Of a stretch of 64,000 nucleotides of DNA, positions 24,858-36,659 are shown in pieces. The translations under genes were made by a program, and so were the position numbers. Each line of letters starts with the position of its first letter. Positions within the stretch are counted from its first letter, which is position 1. Source of the stretch: Podarcis bocagei (Eukaryota). The notes under the pieces are model-generated. The model did not search any database, had not been told where the DNA came from, and saw nothing but the letters and a program-made list of their open reading frames with translations. The stretch lies in the NCBI GenBank assembly GCA_964188305.1, contig OZ076886.1; one strand, 5' to 3'.

Positions 24858-25183
24858 CAGTGGTGCCTCGCAAGACGAAAAGAATCCGTTCTGTGATTCT
24901 CTTCGTCTAGCGGTTTTTTCGTCTTGCGAAGCAAGCCCATTGAAGGATTAGCGGATTAGCGCTATTAGCGGCTTTTAGCGGCTTATCTGCTGATCGGATC
25001 AGCTGATAAGCGGTTTAGCGGCTTAGAAAAAGGGGGGGAAACCAGCAGGAACTCGCAAGACATTGTCGTCTTGCGAAGCAAGCCCATAGGAAATTCGTTT
25101 TGCGAAGCACCTCCAAAACGGAAAACTCTTTCGTCTAGCGAGTTTTCCGTCTTGCGAGGCATTCGTCTTGCGGGGCACCACTG
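24858..25183 (+). mobile_element. Tc1/mariner-type MITE, family B
   Basis: Same TIRs and TA TSD as 20944-21296 but a different core. Confidence 0.9.
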
Positions 25184-25789
25184 TATATCCTGAATTAGAA
25201 TTCTAATATCAAGGCTTCCAGACAGTTTGGAGTGATAAATTGTGGCCGGATGCTAATTGGGGTTGACTGCTAGACTAGATGATCCATTAGTCTGACTCAC
25301 TATGAAAGTATTTCATATTGGTCCCTGAACCATCCTTTTGTGTCAGAGAAGGACTGGGGAAGGCTTTCCCAATTTAGAGAACTCTCGTTTTCATTTTGTA
25401 AATGTAGCTTTTTGTCCTGTGGCTGAAAAATCGTGCAGTGGCAACGTTTGAATAATAGAAATAGGAAGCAAAGCAGCAAAAAATTGATTGCCCAACTAAC
25501 AAATATCAATCTGGATGTTGAATTTATAATTTAAGGGATAACTCAGGTTTTTCACATCTGAGACAATCGATCACAGTACTGAGGATCCAGTGTAGAGTAA
25601 ATGCAGTATGCCTGGCAACATGCAACTAAAATATGTAAATCAACTGCAGCCCTCTAGCTTGTAATCTATTTCCAGCCCAGCCTTCAGTGCTGAAATGGCT
25701 CACCCCCCCCTCCTGCTTTTTCATATGCTTCATCTACCAGCTTCTGTTTTATTCAGGCCTTATACCCTGTGTCCTATGATTTACAGATA

Positions 25790-27730
25790 GAAAGCTATTA
25801 AGCACAACCCCGCCTTATCCACCAACAAGGCAACTAGCATAAAAACAAAATTAAAGTGGCTACACTTTGTGGAATGGCTGTCTAACAAGAAAAGTGTAGA
25901 ACAAGCTGAATGCCCAAATGAGAACAAAAATGAGCAGTAATTTGAGCAAAAGAAATGTAAGGGATGCAAAAGAAGAATTAGACAGTGCATCAGAAAAAAC
26001 ACTTAAGATCAACTTTTTTAAGAACCCTCTTCAAAATACATTAGAAGCAGCAAACCAGCTGGGGAGATGGCTGGATTTTTGGATGATAAAGGAGTTAAAT
26101 GTGAGCGATTGGAGTAAAAGAGTGAGTGCAGAGAAGCTGAATGAATTCTTTGCATCTATCCTCAATGCAGAAGATGTAGTTCAGATTCCTGTGCCTGTAC
26201 CAACTTTCTTAGGAAGAATCTAAGGTATAGAAACTTTCCTGGGTGACATGCGCAAGGAACCGTGCCAGGAGAGAGATCTTGGTGCTTTTCAGTAGTATTT
26301 ACTGTAGCATCTCTATGGAGAGATTGCCTGAGTTGGGGAGGGGTATACTGCTTTACAGTGGTTCCAGGCTGTTACTCTACTCCCACACATTTAATGGGAT
26401 GTGATTGGCTGATTTTTAAATATCAGCATAATGTTAATTAACTATTCCTGATTATTTTTCATTCTTGGGGGGAGAGAGTGTTGTCTCATTTTATTATACA
26501 CATTTATGTTACAGTTCTAAAAAAATACTTGGTATATTTTAATTGCTGTAAGATGCCAAGTTTTTTTAATAAAGCTTTTCTAATAAATTTAATAAACTTA
26601 CAATTTAAATAGTGGTTGGAGACAAATTCTAGGCCTTGTCAAAAGCTTAACAAATCCCTGGATCCAGATGGCACCCACCCAAATGTGAAATTGCTGTTCT
26701 TGTAATAAAATTATGTAACTTGTCCCTAATAACAGTCTCCTTACCTGGGGATTGTGAAGTGGCCACTGCAATACCATTTTTTTAAAAAATCAGGGGAGTA
26801 GGGAGAGATTCAGGAAATTACAGACCACTTAGCTGTTCTGGGAAAACTAATATGAAAAGCATTATTAAACACAAAATCATCAAGCACTGTTGTTGTTGTT
26901 TGCGCCTGTCTTTCTCAAGAGGCAATGGAGTGAACCTCCGGGGGTGAAGTCAAACCACTGTGTTAGCCGCACTGAAGTGACCTCGCCAGGACGCAAGCCT
27001 GGGCAGTGTGTCTGGAGGTCCTGGGCTGCCCAGACGACAAGACCCTGCTCTCAGCCTCGCTGGTGTGGTCTAAAGAACAGCAGAGCAATACACCTGGCAC
27101 CAGCTTGGCTGCAAGAGTTGCCAGAAGGAGGTGTACAGGGTGCCATCCAACCGCCTTAGGGACTCCACTCTGGATTTGTGTTGGGTTTACTCCTTAGCTT
27201 TTTCTTCTCCTGAAGATATCTCACAAGGCAGCAGAGGTTTAGGACCAGAGTTTTCCTTCTCTTAGGACAGAGGTTTCCTTCTCCTAGGTGGGCTACCATC
27301 CCAGGTTGACGAGCCTCATCCGCCCCTCACTTTCCTCTACAGCACATGCAGAAAACACTTTCTTGACCATTGGACCCACAGTTGGTCTCATCTGTTCAAT
27401 CTGCCAAAGCCTGTCTTCGCATTCAGGTGAAGTCCCTAACTCGCTGAGAGTTTGAGGCCCATTGGCTACCCTCATCTGGTTTAGCCAGCCAGTCGAAGCC
27501 GTATCTGGGGTGTGGCCACTGTCGCATGCTGGCAGCTTCTAGGAGCCACAGTTGAGAGCTCAGCTCTCATTAACAAGCATATTGAAGAACAAATGGTGCT
27601 GAAGAAGAATCAGCATGGCTCCTGCAAATATAAGTGCTGCCTGACTAACCTATTAGAGTTCTTTGAGAGTATCAATATGGATAGAGTTGAATCCAGTAGA
27701 TGTGTACTTGGACTTTCGAAAAACTTTTTG
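25790..27730 (+). mobile_element. Degenerate CR1 LINE ORF2 fragments interrupted by later insertions
   Basis: EKLNEFFASI..ED..P.P..F.G (~26130-26220) and KHIEEQ..NQHG.CK.K.CLTNLLEFFE (~27575-27670) are CR1 RT-region motifs. Confidence 0.75.
26888..27560 (-). mobile_element. RTE-derived non-autonomous retroposon nested in CR1
   Basis: Minus strand has AGAAGGAAAACTCTG..AAACC (RTE 5'-region-like) and a (CAA)n tail; splits the CR1 IIKH|KHIEEQ sequence. Family assignment is tentative. Confidence 0.55.
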
Positions 27731-28922
27731 ATGTGGTGTTAGGAGTGAGCAGTGGTGTTTGTCCAAGTTTACTCATCCCACCAAATTGTTCAGGGAAGCT
27801 ACCAAAAAATCAGGGGATGCAACTGCAGCATTTGATACTGGGCCCCTTCCTCTCATTTGCTCTGTCAGATGCACTATTCCATATGCTATAAGTGAATGCA
27901 GGGGCCTCTTCTGTGACATAATGCCTGTCTTTGTGCTGTTCCAAAACCACCCCAGCTGCTTCGCTCCTATAGTTGATATCAAACTAAGATCTAATGTGCC
28001 TTGTGCTGGCCTCCTCCTTAGCTGTTTCCCCTCCCTCTGAATGTGGTCTGGGGAAAATGAATCCAGAAGTGTTGGCTTGCATTTTTGTTGTTTGGTGTGT
28101 TTCTGAAATTGCTTGTTCCTCTGATTTTCATTCTCATTAATTCTACTTTAGTATCAGCTGCACATGTGTTTCCCCTCTAGATCATTGACTCAATAATGCT
28201 AGTTCTTCCTGATTTTCGCTGTTTGACTCTTTCTTAGTTTCTGTTCATATTTGTGTGCTTTCAGCCAGTTTTCAGGACCATCTCAGAATGACATTTTCAG
28301 GGCTGGCGTGACAAAGAATTGCAATCCTCTAAAATTGCGTGTAGTTGCTACTTTGCTGATCTTACAGAGCTATCAGCATGGCTGAAGAACCCAGTGGATT
28401 TGGAAACAAGAATATGAAGGGAAAGCATATGTGGAGGATGCACAGATCTGAGGGGGAAAGAAATTGAGGAAGAAGTGTTGGGAGAAGTGGTTGTACAAGG
28501 CCTAGAGACTTGGGCTGATAAGGAAGGTTTGAAATATGGAGGCTGTGATCCAGAAGCCAAGGAGGCAGTGGCCCAGTTTGCAAACAATATTAAGAGATCG
28601 TTTTAACACATGCAGGTGTTTTGCTCCTCGCTCAGCTCTTTCCTGTGCTTTGTGGTCAGAGGAAACAAGCTAGTGTTGGGCCTCATGTGCAAACCCAAGC
28701 TTTTGTGGGCTCGTGGTTTGTTTCTCTCCAAACAACGATAGGCTGGCCAAGAACAAACCTTGGCCCCTCTTCGTGGTTTGTTTGGAGAGAAACAAAACCA
28801 GGGGCCTGCTCCTCATGACATGGCCCACCAGACTCTGCCTTGTTTATAGCTTGTTTCTCCCACACACAGTGCATCCAGGAGCTGGAGAGGAGCAAAGAAT
28901 TTGCACATGCTAAACACAAGTT

Positions 28923-29069
28923 CACAGAATCATAGATTTGTAGAGTTGGAAGGGACCACAAGGGTCAACTAGTTCGACGCTGCAGTGCAGAAATCTCTCA
29001 ACCGACTTGGGGCTCAAACCCACAACTCTGAGATTAAGAGTCTCATGCTCTACACCAAACTGAGCTATC
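28923..29069 (-). mobile_element. SINE with tRNA-Lys(CTT)-derived head and CR1-like 3' tail
   Basis: Minus strand reads TAGCTCAG..GTAGAGCATGAGACTCTTAATCTCAG..GTGGGTTTGAGCCCCA followed by GGTCCCTTCCAACTCTACAAATCTATGATTCTGTG. Confidence 0.8.
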
Positions 29070-29908
29070 ACTCAACCTGTTCAGTTTAATGTTATGTGTC
29101 AACCATCTTGATCACTGTGTTAGTATGTTAAAAGTGAAAACTGTGACTGCAGTTTTCTTGCAAGCATAATTCTCCCAACTTTTTTTGTTAAGATGACAGT
29201 ATATTTTGTAAATATGTGGCAGTTTATAACTGTATCCAAATGTGAAGAAACTTGGAAAAATATAATTAAGGTTTTTTCTTCTTCACCTTGGCTATTATAT
29301 ATGCTAGGAACACCCACCCACACCCCTGCATAATGCAAACTGCTACAAGCCTTAAAGCAATGTTTCAGGTTCAACATCCAACACAGACTTTGTCACTACC
29401 CCTATTTTATGCATTATTGCACTTGACCTTTACACCCAACCAGGTATACAGGGCCTGAATACAGTACTAGGCTTCCTTGATAATTTTCAGAATGTGACAC
29501 CCAGATTGAAGGGTGACCAGCAGATCACTGCTGATCACATCACATCATTGTTTTGGATAGATACACAGAACTCCCAAGTTTTGATATTCACCAGTTTTGA
29601 TATTGGATGTTATGTGGCTCTGTCTAGGATACAAGTTAATGCTGTATCATAACCTGTCTTAAATCTTCAGAGGCCATTGGCCTTTGAAATGTGGATGATT
29701 GGCATTTTAAGCTTGCAGTTAATCAAATGACTATTTTATTTGTAAACTGCTTTGAATTTGATTTCATCCTAGGGTGGAATATGAATACCTTAATAAATAA
29801 AGAGTTGTCTGTAGCTTCATAAGTTACCATTAATTACCTGATTACAGCTGCAAATCTATGTGTTTGTTTGTTTGGAACCATATTCACTGTATAGAGGCTA
29901 TTTATTCT

Positions 29909-30156
29909 CTCCTGCCAACCTAGCAGTTCGAAAGCACGTCAAAGTGCAAGTAGATTAATAGGTACCGCTCCGGCGGTAAGGTAAACGGCATTTCCATGCA
30001 CTGCTCTGGTTCACCAGAAGCGGCTTAGTCATGCTGGCCACATGACCCGGAAGCTGTACGCCGGCTCTCTCGGCCAATAAAGCGAGATGAGCGCTGCAAC
30101 CCCAGAGTCGGTCACGACTGGACCTAATGGTCAGGGGTCCCTTTACTTTACCTTTA
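29909..30156 (+). mobile_element. 5'-truncated Sauria-type SINE
   Basis: CCTGCCAACCTAGCAGTTCGAAAGCAC core through CCTTTACTTTACCTTTA tail. Confidence 0.88.
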
Positions 30157-33100
30157 AGAACTGTGTGTTGAGGATGACAGTAAAAGTTGCACATGGGTCA
30201 CTCAGAGTTTCTCTCCTCAATCTCACCGGTGGTATAGCTTTTTCTTCACTGTCATATGAGTCTTGAAGTCACCTGAATCTACCCTATGCAATGTAGAAAG
30301 TAAGATCAGTGTGGGAGACTTGTATAGACTGATAAAACCTTTCAGGAGAGTTCTAATTCTGATTCCTGTCCAGCTCCCCCCCTCTTGATTTACAATGCGG
30401 TTTTCAAAAGATGCATGCCCTTTTTGGTCTTTAGAAGAAAGGTGGACATTATCACCATTATTGGGTGTTAGAAATGTTTGAGATTGTTTGGTGCTTTGTA
30501 TTGGCTGCATTATGTAGGCCAAATAGAATTCTAATGACTGGGCATCCTTCTGCCCTGTCTGGGGCTCAAACTAGACTGGGAGCCCTGCCCCCTTCTTTTT
30601 CGGAATTCAGAGACACAGCTCATGAGATTCAGCAGAAAAGGATTAAGCCCCCACAGAGCAGCCCCTTTGGTTTGAACCCAGCCTAGTCCAGAGGAGGGGG
30701 CACTGAGCTTCATTGTCCTATTGTTTTTATAGACAAAACGTTCCAGCCGGCTCTTCATCTTGCCTCCAAAGTCTCAGCCACATCGGTCAGATGGGAGTGA
30801 AGGATAAAGGGAGATGGCTGAAACAAAGATTGCACTATTCTGTTGCTCTTGCATCCTGAATGTTGAGGCAGTTTCAGATTTGATAGTCATGGAGTTGATA
30901 TATAGATGGCATATTTAGTCTATTCTGGCCATTTCCATATAACACTACCAGGAAAAAATTGATACTGCCCTCTCTCCCTTGAACAGATCCCCAGATCAAG
31001 GCATCAGGTAATTTCAATTCCTGTACGACAGCCTGGTTGTACACCTGCCCTGGTGTTGTTGTTGTTGTTACTAGAGAACCTCGTTGTGTAGTATGGGTGA
31101 GACCTTCTCCTTAATGTTTGTAGGGCTGCATGAATCAGCCTAGTGGCTTCTTCCAGTCTCTGCATAATCCTCACTTGTAAGGTCCAAAACATGTCCCTGC
31201 TCTTCCATTTATCAAGCCTTGTTGGCTCCCATTTTCTTTGTTATTTCTGTTGTACTTAGTTTTGTGAGCTCTTTATTCAGGGGTCATGTCGCACTGGTAT
31301 TGGGTTCCATGTCTAGCACATTGTTGGTGCTCCACTATTAAGTAGCGATAGTGTTGTGGGTGAAAGCAGCTAAATTCTCCTGTCCTTTTCCATTACTGAA
31401 GTTCCTCCTACAAGATACTGTCCATAATTAAGCTGTTGTTGTTTTTCTTAATTAAGGATGAGCCTTGATGTTCTTCCTAAGTCCTTGCGAATCTGGCTTA
31501 GGGCTGTTGGACTAGAAACAGCAGGCCTTTCTTTCATTGCGTGGCCAGATCTCAGAAGGAACCAGAATGGTGCTTGCCATTCAGTGCAAGCAAACCCATA
31601 TTTGGACTGTTTGGCAAACCTTAAAGGAACCCCTGGGATTCCCATGCTCTCGCCTGTGAATAAGTGGGGCAAAACCTTGTTTGAGTACCAGTGCAGCCCA
31701 CATTCACTGCTTTACACAGTAGTGAGCATTCCTGGACAGAATGGAAGACTCCAAAGACAATCTGCAATTGCATATTCTCTTACCTCGTGTGTGTGTGTGT
31801 GTATGTATATTCAGGCACACGGTCACACACAGGTTCTAATGTGCCAGGTAAATACTTCCTCTGTAGAAATGTGCATGTGATGTAGCTCCTTTTATGGCTG
31901 CAGATAATGCTATTAACTGTAGAAACATTCTGAAGAAATTTTCCAGCCCCTCCTAGCAAGATGTGATCCATATTTCTACACCCTCTTTCAGAGGGGAACA
32001 ATTACTAGCCTTTTCTCGGCTTCCCTATCGGTGAAGTGATTTGATACCTGATGGTGCCTTGCTCATAGGGAGCGATGCATGTTAAGTTCTGTGCCTTCTG
32101 CATTTGGCCCAACCTGTACTAGTAATAATTACAAAGCTTGAATGCTTGTTTCCCACACAAAGAGCTGCCCTGATGGCATGGCTAGCCCTGAAGAATGGGA
32201 AGAAAGTGCAAAGGAACTAGGTCAGAAAGAAAGTGCAACATTTATTTGCTTCTCCCACATTCCACCACGATCACATCACAGACCTCATCCTTGTATATGG
32301 GTGATTTGTGGAGGTAGGAAAGATCTTGAAAGGCTACAGTGGGCAGCAGCTGTTCCAAGTTCTCTGTAATAGGAATGAACAGATTGTTAATTAGTAATAT
32401 GTCTACCATGGGCAAAGAACCATTGGTTTCACAAAAGCAGTTTGTGGCAAGGCAAGGTGGATGGTCGATGATTGAACCCTTTAGAGCCAGCAGCACCTAC
32501 TGGTGAGCTTTCCCCACCTGCTTTAATCCACAAGTTCCTGCTGCCCTCCAAGAGCTTGGGAGTAAACACCTCCCCCAAGTGATCTGCTCTGCAGATACAA
32601 ATCTATTCCCAAAGGATAGAGCCCCCCTGCACAGCCTGGATACACCTGCAAGGCACAAACTAAATATCCTCTTACTTACTGGAAGGCCTCGAGCTCTGTT
32701 GAGGCAGGTACAGACAGGTTGCATGTAGGCCGAACCATCCACTGCAACTCTCACTTCATGCTCCCTTCCTTACTTAAGTCCTCCCCCCCCCCCTCAAGTT
32801 GGCCTTTGTATCAGGGCTGCTTCTCATTCTGTACTTAGTTGCAGTTGAGTGTAGATGCCGGATTACATAGCATACCAAATCTGAATGGTGGATCTGTGTG
32901 TGTTTAGTTACTTGTCTCTGCAAAATATATGAAAGAGTAGGGCCCATTCCTTTCCTGGTAGCTGCTTCTCTGTATATTTCCAAGTAACACAGTGGTTTAA
33001 ATGTCCATGTTGTGTTCAGGTCTGAAGAGAGGCACATGTACTGTATGTTGTACTTTAGTATCAGAGTACAAAACAGAGAGAGGCACGGCCTTTGGGCTCA

Positions 33101-33383
33101 TTACTTCCTTCAATTGTGCAGCCATCTGCCTTCGACTGTTCCCCCTTTCACCACCATGTCAGATATGCCCCTTTCCCCCTGTTCCTCTTGTGTTAAACCT
33201 TGTCCCAAGTGAGCATGAGGGATTTGGGAGATGACTTTGCATCTCATGCACATCTGTGAAGCTCAGGAACTGGGTTTTGGCACTAGGGTTGTCATGAGGA
33301 TCATTCTGAAATAAATCATTACAGAAATGAATAAATGCCTTCCATGCTGCTTTCTTTTCTCATTGGCTGCTGTGGGATTCTAT

Positions 33384-33389
<6 letters not shown>

Positions 33390-33435
<46 letters not shown>
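33390..33435. repeat. (AC)n microsatellite
   Basis: Direct inspection. Confidence 0.97.
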
Positions 33436-33438
<3 letters not shown>

Positions 33439-33755
33439 GTGCTCTGCCTCCCCTACTGGCAGTTTTACCCATGTGACTGTCTTTTGCAAGACAGGCCTGC
33501 GGGCCTCTTGCCTGTGCTTGGCATTCTCTTTTATGGCACGAGGAAATATCTGCATGTGAACCAGGTGGCCATATTTGAGAGGAGATTATGTAAAAGTAAT
33601 GCAGAGGCAAGAGACAACACGCATCCTCTGAAGTTTCTCATTCCTTCAGCCTGCACTGTCCTCAACTTTAGGATGGTTTTGCAGGCAGGGTGAACCATAT
33701 GTCTGTGGCAATGATACACAAAAATGCAGTGCATTGTTTCTTTTCCCCTTGGCAG

Positions 33756-33859
33756 GTTTCCCCATGTCCGTGACGTGTTGGCCGAGGCTCTGCGGCTGCT
33801 CCCCGCCCTTGGAGCCGCCAGTCGCTACCCTTTGGACTCCGTGATCCCTGACAAACGTC
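33756..33859 (+). other. SETD5: 5'-UTR part of the first coding exon (contains uORF 33764-33844)
   Basis: Pyrimidine tract and acceptor TTTCCCCTTGGCAG| at 33755; continuous with the ATG at 33860. Confidence 0.8.
33764..33844 (+). CDS. Upstream ORF, 26 aa: MSVTCWPRLCGCSPPLEPPVATLWTP*
   Basis: ATG 33764 to TGA 33842-33844, same frame as the SETD5 ATG and ending 15 nt before it. Translation is not demonstrated. Confidence 0.6.
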   Translation: MSVTCWPRLCGCSPPLEPPVATLWTP

Positions 33860-33930
33860 ATGAGCATTGCAATCCCTCTGGGAGTCACCACACCAGATAC
33901 ATCTTATTCAGATATGGCTGCTGGATCTGA
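33860..33930 (+). CDS. SETD5: SETD5 coding exon 1 (MSIAIPLGVTTPDTSYSDMAAGS)
   Basis: ACGTCATGAGC start context; donor GA|GTAAGT; 71 nt, phase 2. Confidence 0.96.
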
Positions 33931-36553
33931 GTAAGTTCTGCCTTGCCTGCTAGCGTGTGAAGGGCATGGAATCAGGCCTCGGTGTTCAGACTTGAGCTGT
34001 CCTGCTGAGCCCGGGATAGCAGGGAGTAAGCTAGCTTTGCAACAGATAAACCAGAAAGCAGAGATGGTATCTGGTGCACACATTTGATCGCGACGGAACA
34101 CCAAACAGAAGCACTTCCCCCTTTCCCTCAAATTGCGTCCAAGAAGAGGCACTGTCTAGAATACTGCTTTCCCAGTGATCTTTAATTCACACCTGTTGTA
34201 TCATACCTTGGTTGATAGGTATCTTGCAAGACATGAGCCCTGACGGTACTCTTCTTTTCCTCTCCTGTAGCCTAAGTTGCATGGTGCTGCTGATACAGAT
34301 GGCTGTGTGATGTGGGTAAGGAGGATCTTTCAGGCATCGGGCCTCTTGCCTATCTCAAACTGTTAAGTAGATTTTTCACCCCTTTAGTGTGGCTCTTTTC
34401 CCGAGGGAGGCTTGTAAGGTAGCTTGTGGGAAACTTCCTGCGCCAAAACCCAAATGAAGTGTCTACACTACAGGAAGGAAGATGCCTGGAGTTGAATTGA
34501 TCGTTGAGCTTAGTCAGGCACGGAAAGAGGGTCATGCCTTGCTGATGCTGTTCTGTGCTCCTGCACTTGTCTTCAGCAGTTTCTCCCAAGAATGGAGCAC
34601 TGTGAAGGGCCAGACACACTGTTTGAACCACCTGCTTGACAGACTGTACTCAGGAGACACTGAAAGCTCTGTGTATCTGGCCTCTGTTTGGTGGGCTTTT
34701 GTGAGGCGCTAGCATTCATGAAACACTCCTTTTTCCTGCATCTTTTTGTGTATCTGGATACACGGTGTAGTATATCGTGTCTGGTTTTGTTTCATACCAC
34801 GGACCTGATCAGGCTTTGTTGAGCACCTGTCCAGCTCAGCTTCAATCATACTGCATCTGGAGTATTCTCAGCAAATAAGCGCACTACAAAATAAATGTCC
34901 TTTGCTTTGTTTCCTGTCTAATGTTAGATCTGTTCTGAATATACGTCTCACTTCATAGCTATTTCTGTCAGGTCTTCTTGTTTTGATGACAGTTTTTTGT
35001 GTTTTGTTTTACTGGGAATGTTTAGGATCACATTCCATGATACTGTCAGGTTGCAGTGGCCTTGCGTTCTGTCGTCTTATATATAGAGCCCTGAAAAGGC
35101 TGTAGCTGTTACCCGTCCTGTCCTTGCCCTCCTTGGGAGCGTGGAGGTAGAAGCAGCTATGTTAAGATTGTTTCATAGCACTAGACTTCAGATGCATGTA
35201 GGTAAAGGGTCTGCCAGTCAACGTTTGCTCTGCTATCATGTGCCACCAAACCTTCATGGCCAAAGAGTAGCCACAATTTGAAGAAGGGTCTCTGCTTGAG
35301 TTGTATTAATTTTCAAGAGCAAGCTCCAGGGACTTGGGATGCAAAAGTAGAAATGGGCATGGAAAAGCTACTTTTGTTAGTAGGGTATCAAGAAAGGAAC
35401 ACATTGATTCAAGATTAAGCTTCTATAGGTAGAGGAGTTGCTGGTTTTACCAGTCCCACTGTTTTGAAGATCTCTGTAATTTAATTTAGCACAACAGAGC
35501 AGTAGTTAGGAATGAGGAGTTTGCGGTCATCTTGGAGAGAGACAGGAGTTCCAATAAGCAAGTACCGTGTGGCCACCCGTCCTCTTCCTGGCTGTAGCTT
35601 TTGAAAGTTGACTGCAGTTGCAGAAAGGACATTTCCTGAACCATATCCCTAATGCGTGCTTGCAGCGGCAGCTCCTCCTCCTCTTAGTCCTCCCCCCTCC
35701 TTCCAAAGAGAGCAATTTCTCCTTCTGGCATCAAGGCTTTGGCTTCATCACCTACGCTTTTCCTGTTTCCTTTTCTATAACAAGGACTCCCACAGCCTTT
35801 CACTAATTGCCCATTTTGTACAGTACCGTATTCTGAGTTGATTTTTTTCTGCCACCTTGTGGTGGAATGTTGCAATTTTCGGTCAGTAATTAGTTGGGAA
35901 TTCACCGCATCATCCCATAAGAAAGCAGGGTATCCTGAATATTTTAGTTTGTCCGGAGTTCCTTCCGATCCAGGTCATAGATATTCCTGTAGCTCTTGGC
36001 CTATTTTTGTCAAGTACTCTCAAGAGCTCCCATCACTAGAAAATTGTGTCTCGGCTCCTATCTGTATTGAGCAACTCATTGCATTTGAAGCAGCAGTATG
36101 TAGACGTTGTGGCCTGAAAGGTATTGCCCTTTAAAGTCTGAGGCTGTGGCGGGGTGATCTCAAATTGTATAGAGTTGAGTGGGGATCAGGAGGAGGAGCA
36201 AATCCACGAAGGGTTTAAAGTGAAATGAACAGCTAGCAGAATAATCCAGCGAGCAGCATTGTCAGCAGCTTTTACCTTCCTGTTGCCTCTTGCTGAAGCA
36301 GGGTTGCTCGTATTGCTTATCCGGGATGCCTCATTTTGAGGCAGCTGCCAGTCACTCGCCCTTCCCTAGCCCCTGCTTTATGCAGAATCCGGCCTTCATG
36401 GATTCCATACCTCACTTGCCCCTCAGAAAAGGTATGTCCATTCTCGGCCGGATATCTGTGTGGCATGAGAGAAACTGCTAAGACCTGGCTAATTTTTTTC
36501 TTCAAAGAACCACTTCCTCTACTGATTGGTTCTGCTCTTGGCCCTTTCTGCAG

Positions 36554-36659
36554 CCCAGAGTCTGTGGAAGCTAGCCCAGCTGTTGGTGAGAAAAATGTGT
36601 ATGCAAGTCATGGCTACGGGGCCTCCCAGAGGCACAGCTACCGAGGGCTGCCTTATGCA
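36554..36659 (+). CDS. SETD5: SETD5 coding exon 2 ([13 protein letters not shown]...RGLPYA)
   Basis: TTCTGCAG| acceptor, |GTGAGT donor, 106 nt. Confidence 0.96.

Noticed and set aside
28705-28806. Inverted repeat GGTTTGTTTCTCTCCAAACAA / TTGTTTGGAGAGAAACAAAACC
   Set aside because: Short arms with a long spacer; most likely the core of an old MITE whose ends I cannot define.
28995-29069. Apparent tRNA-Lys(CTT) gene on the minus strand
   Set aside because: D-arm, B box and acceptor stem are degenerate and it is fused to a CR1-like tail, so it is a SINE head.
33724-33930. 68-aa ORF overlapping the SETD5 start in another frame
   Set aside because: Its ATG lies upstream of the acceptor at 33755, so it is not in the spliced mRNA.
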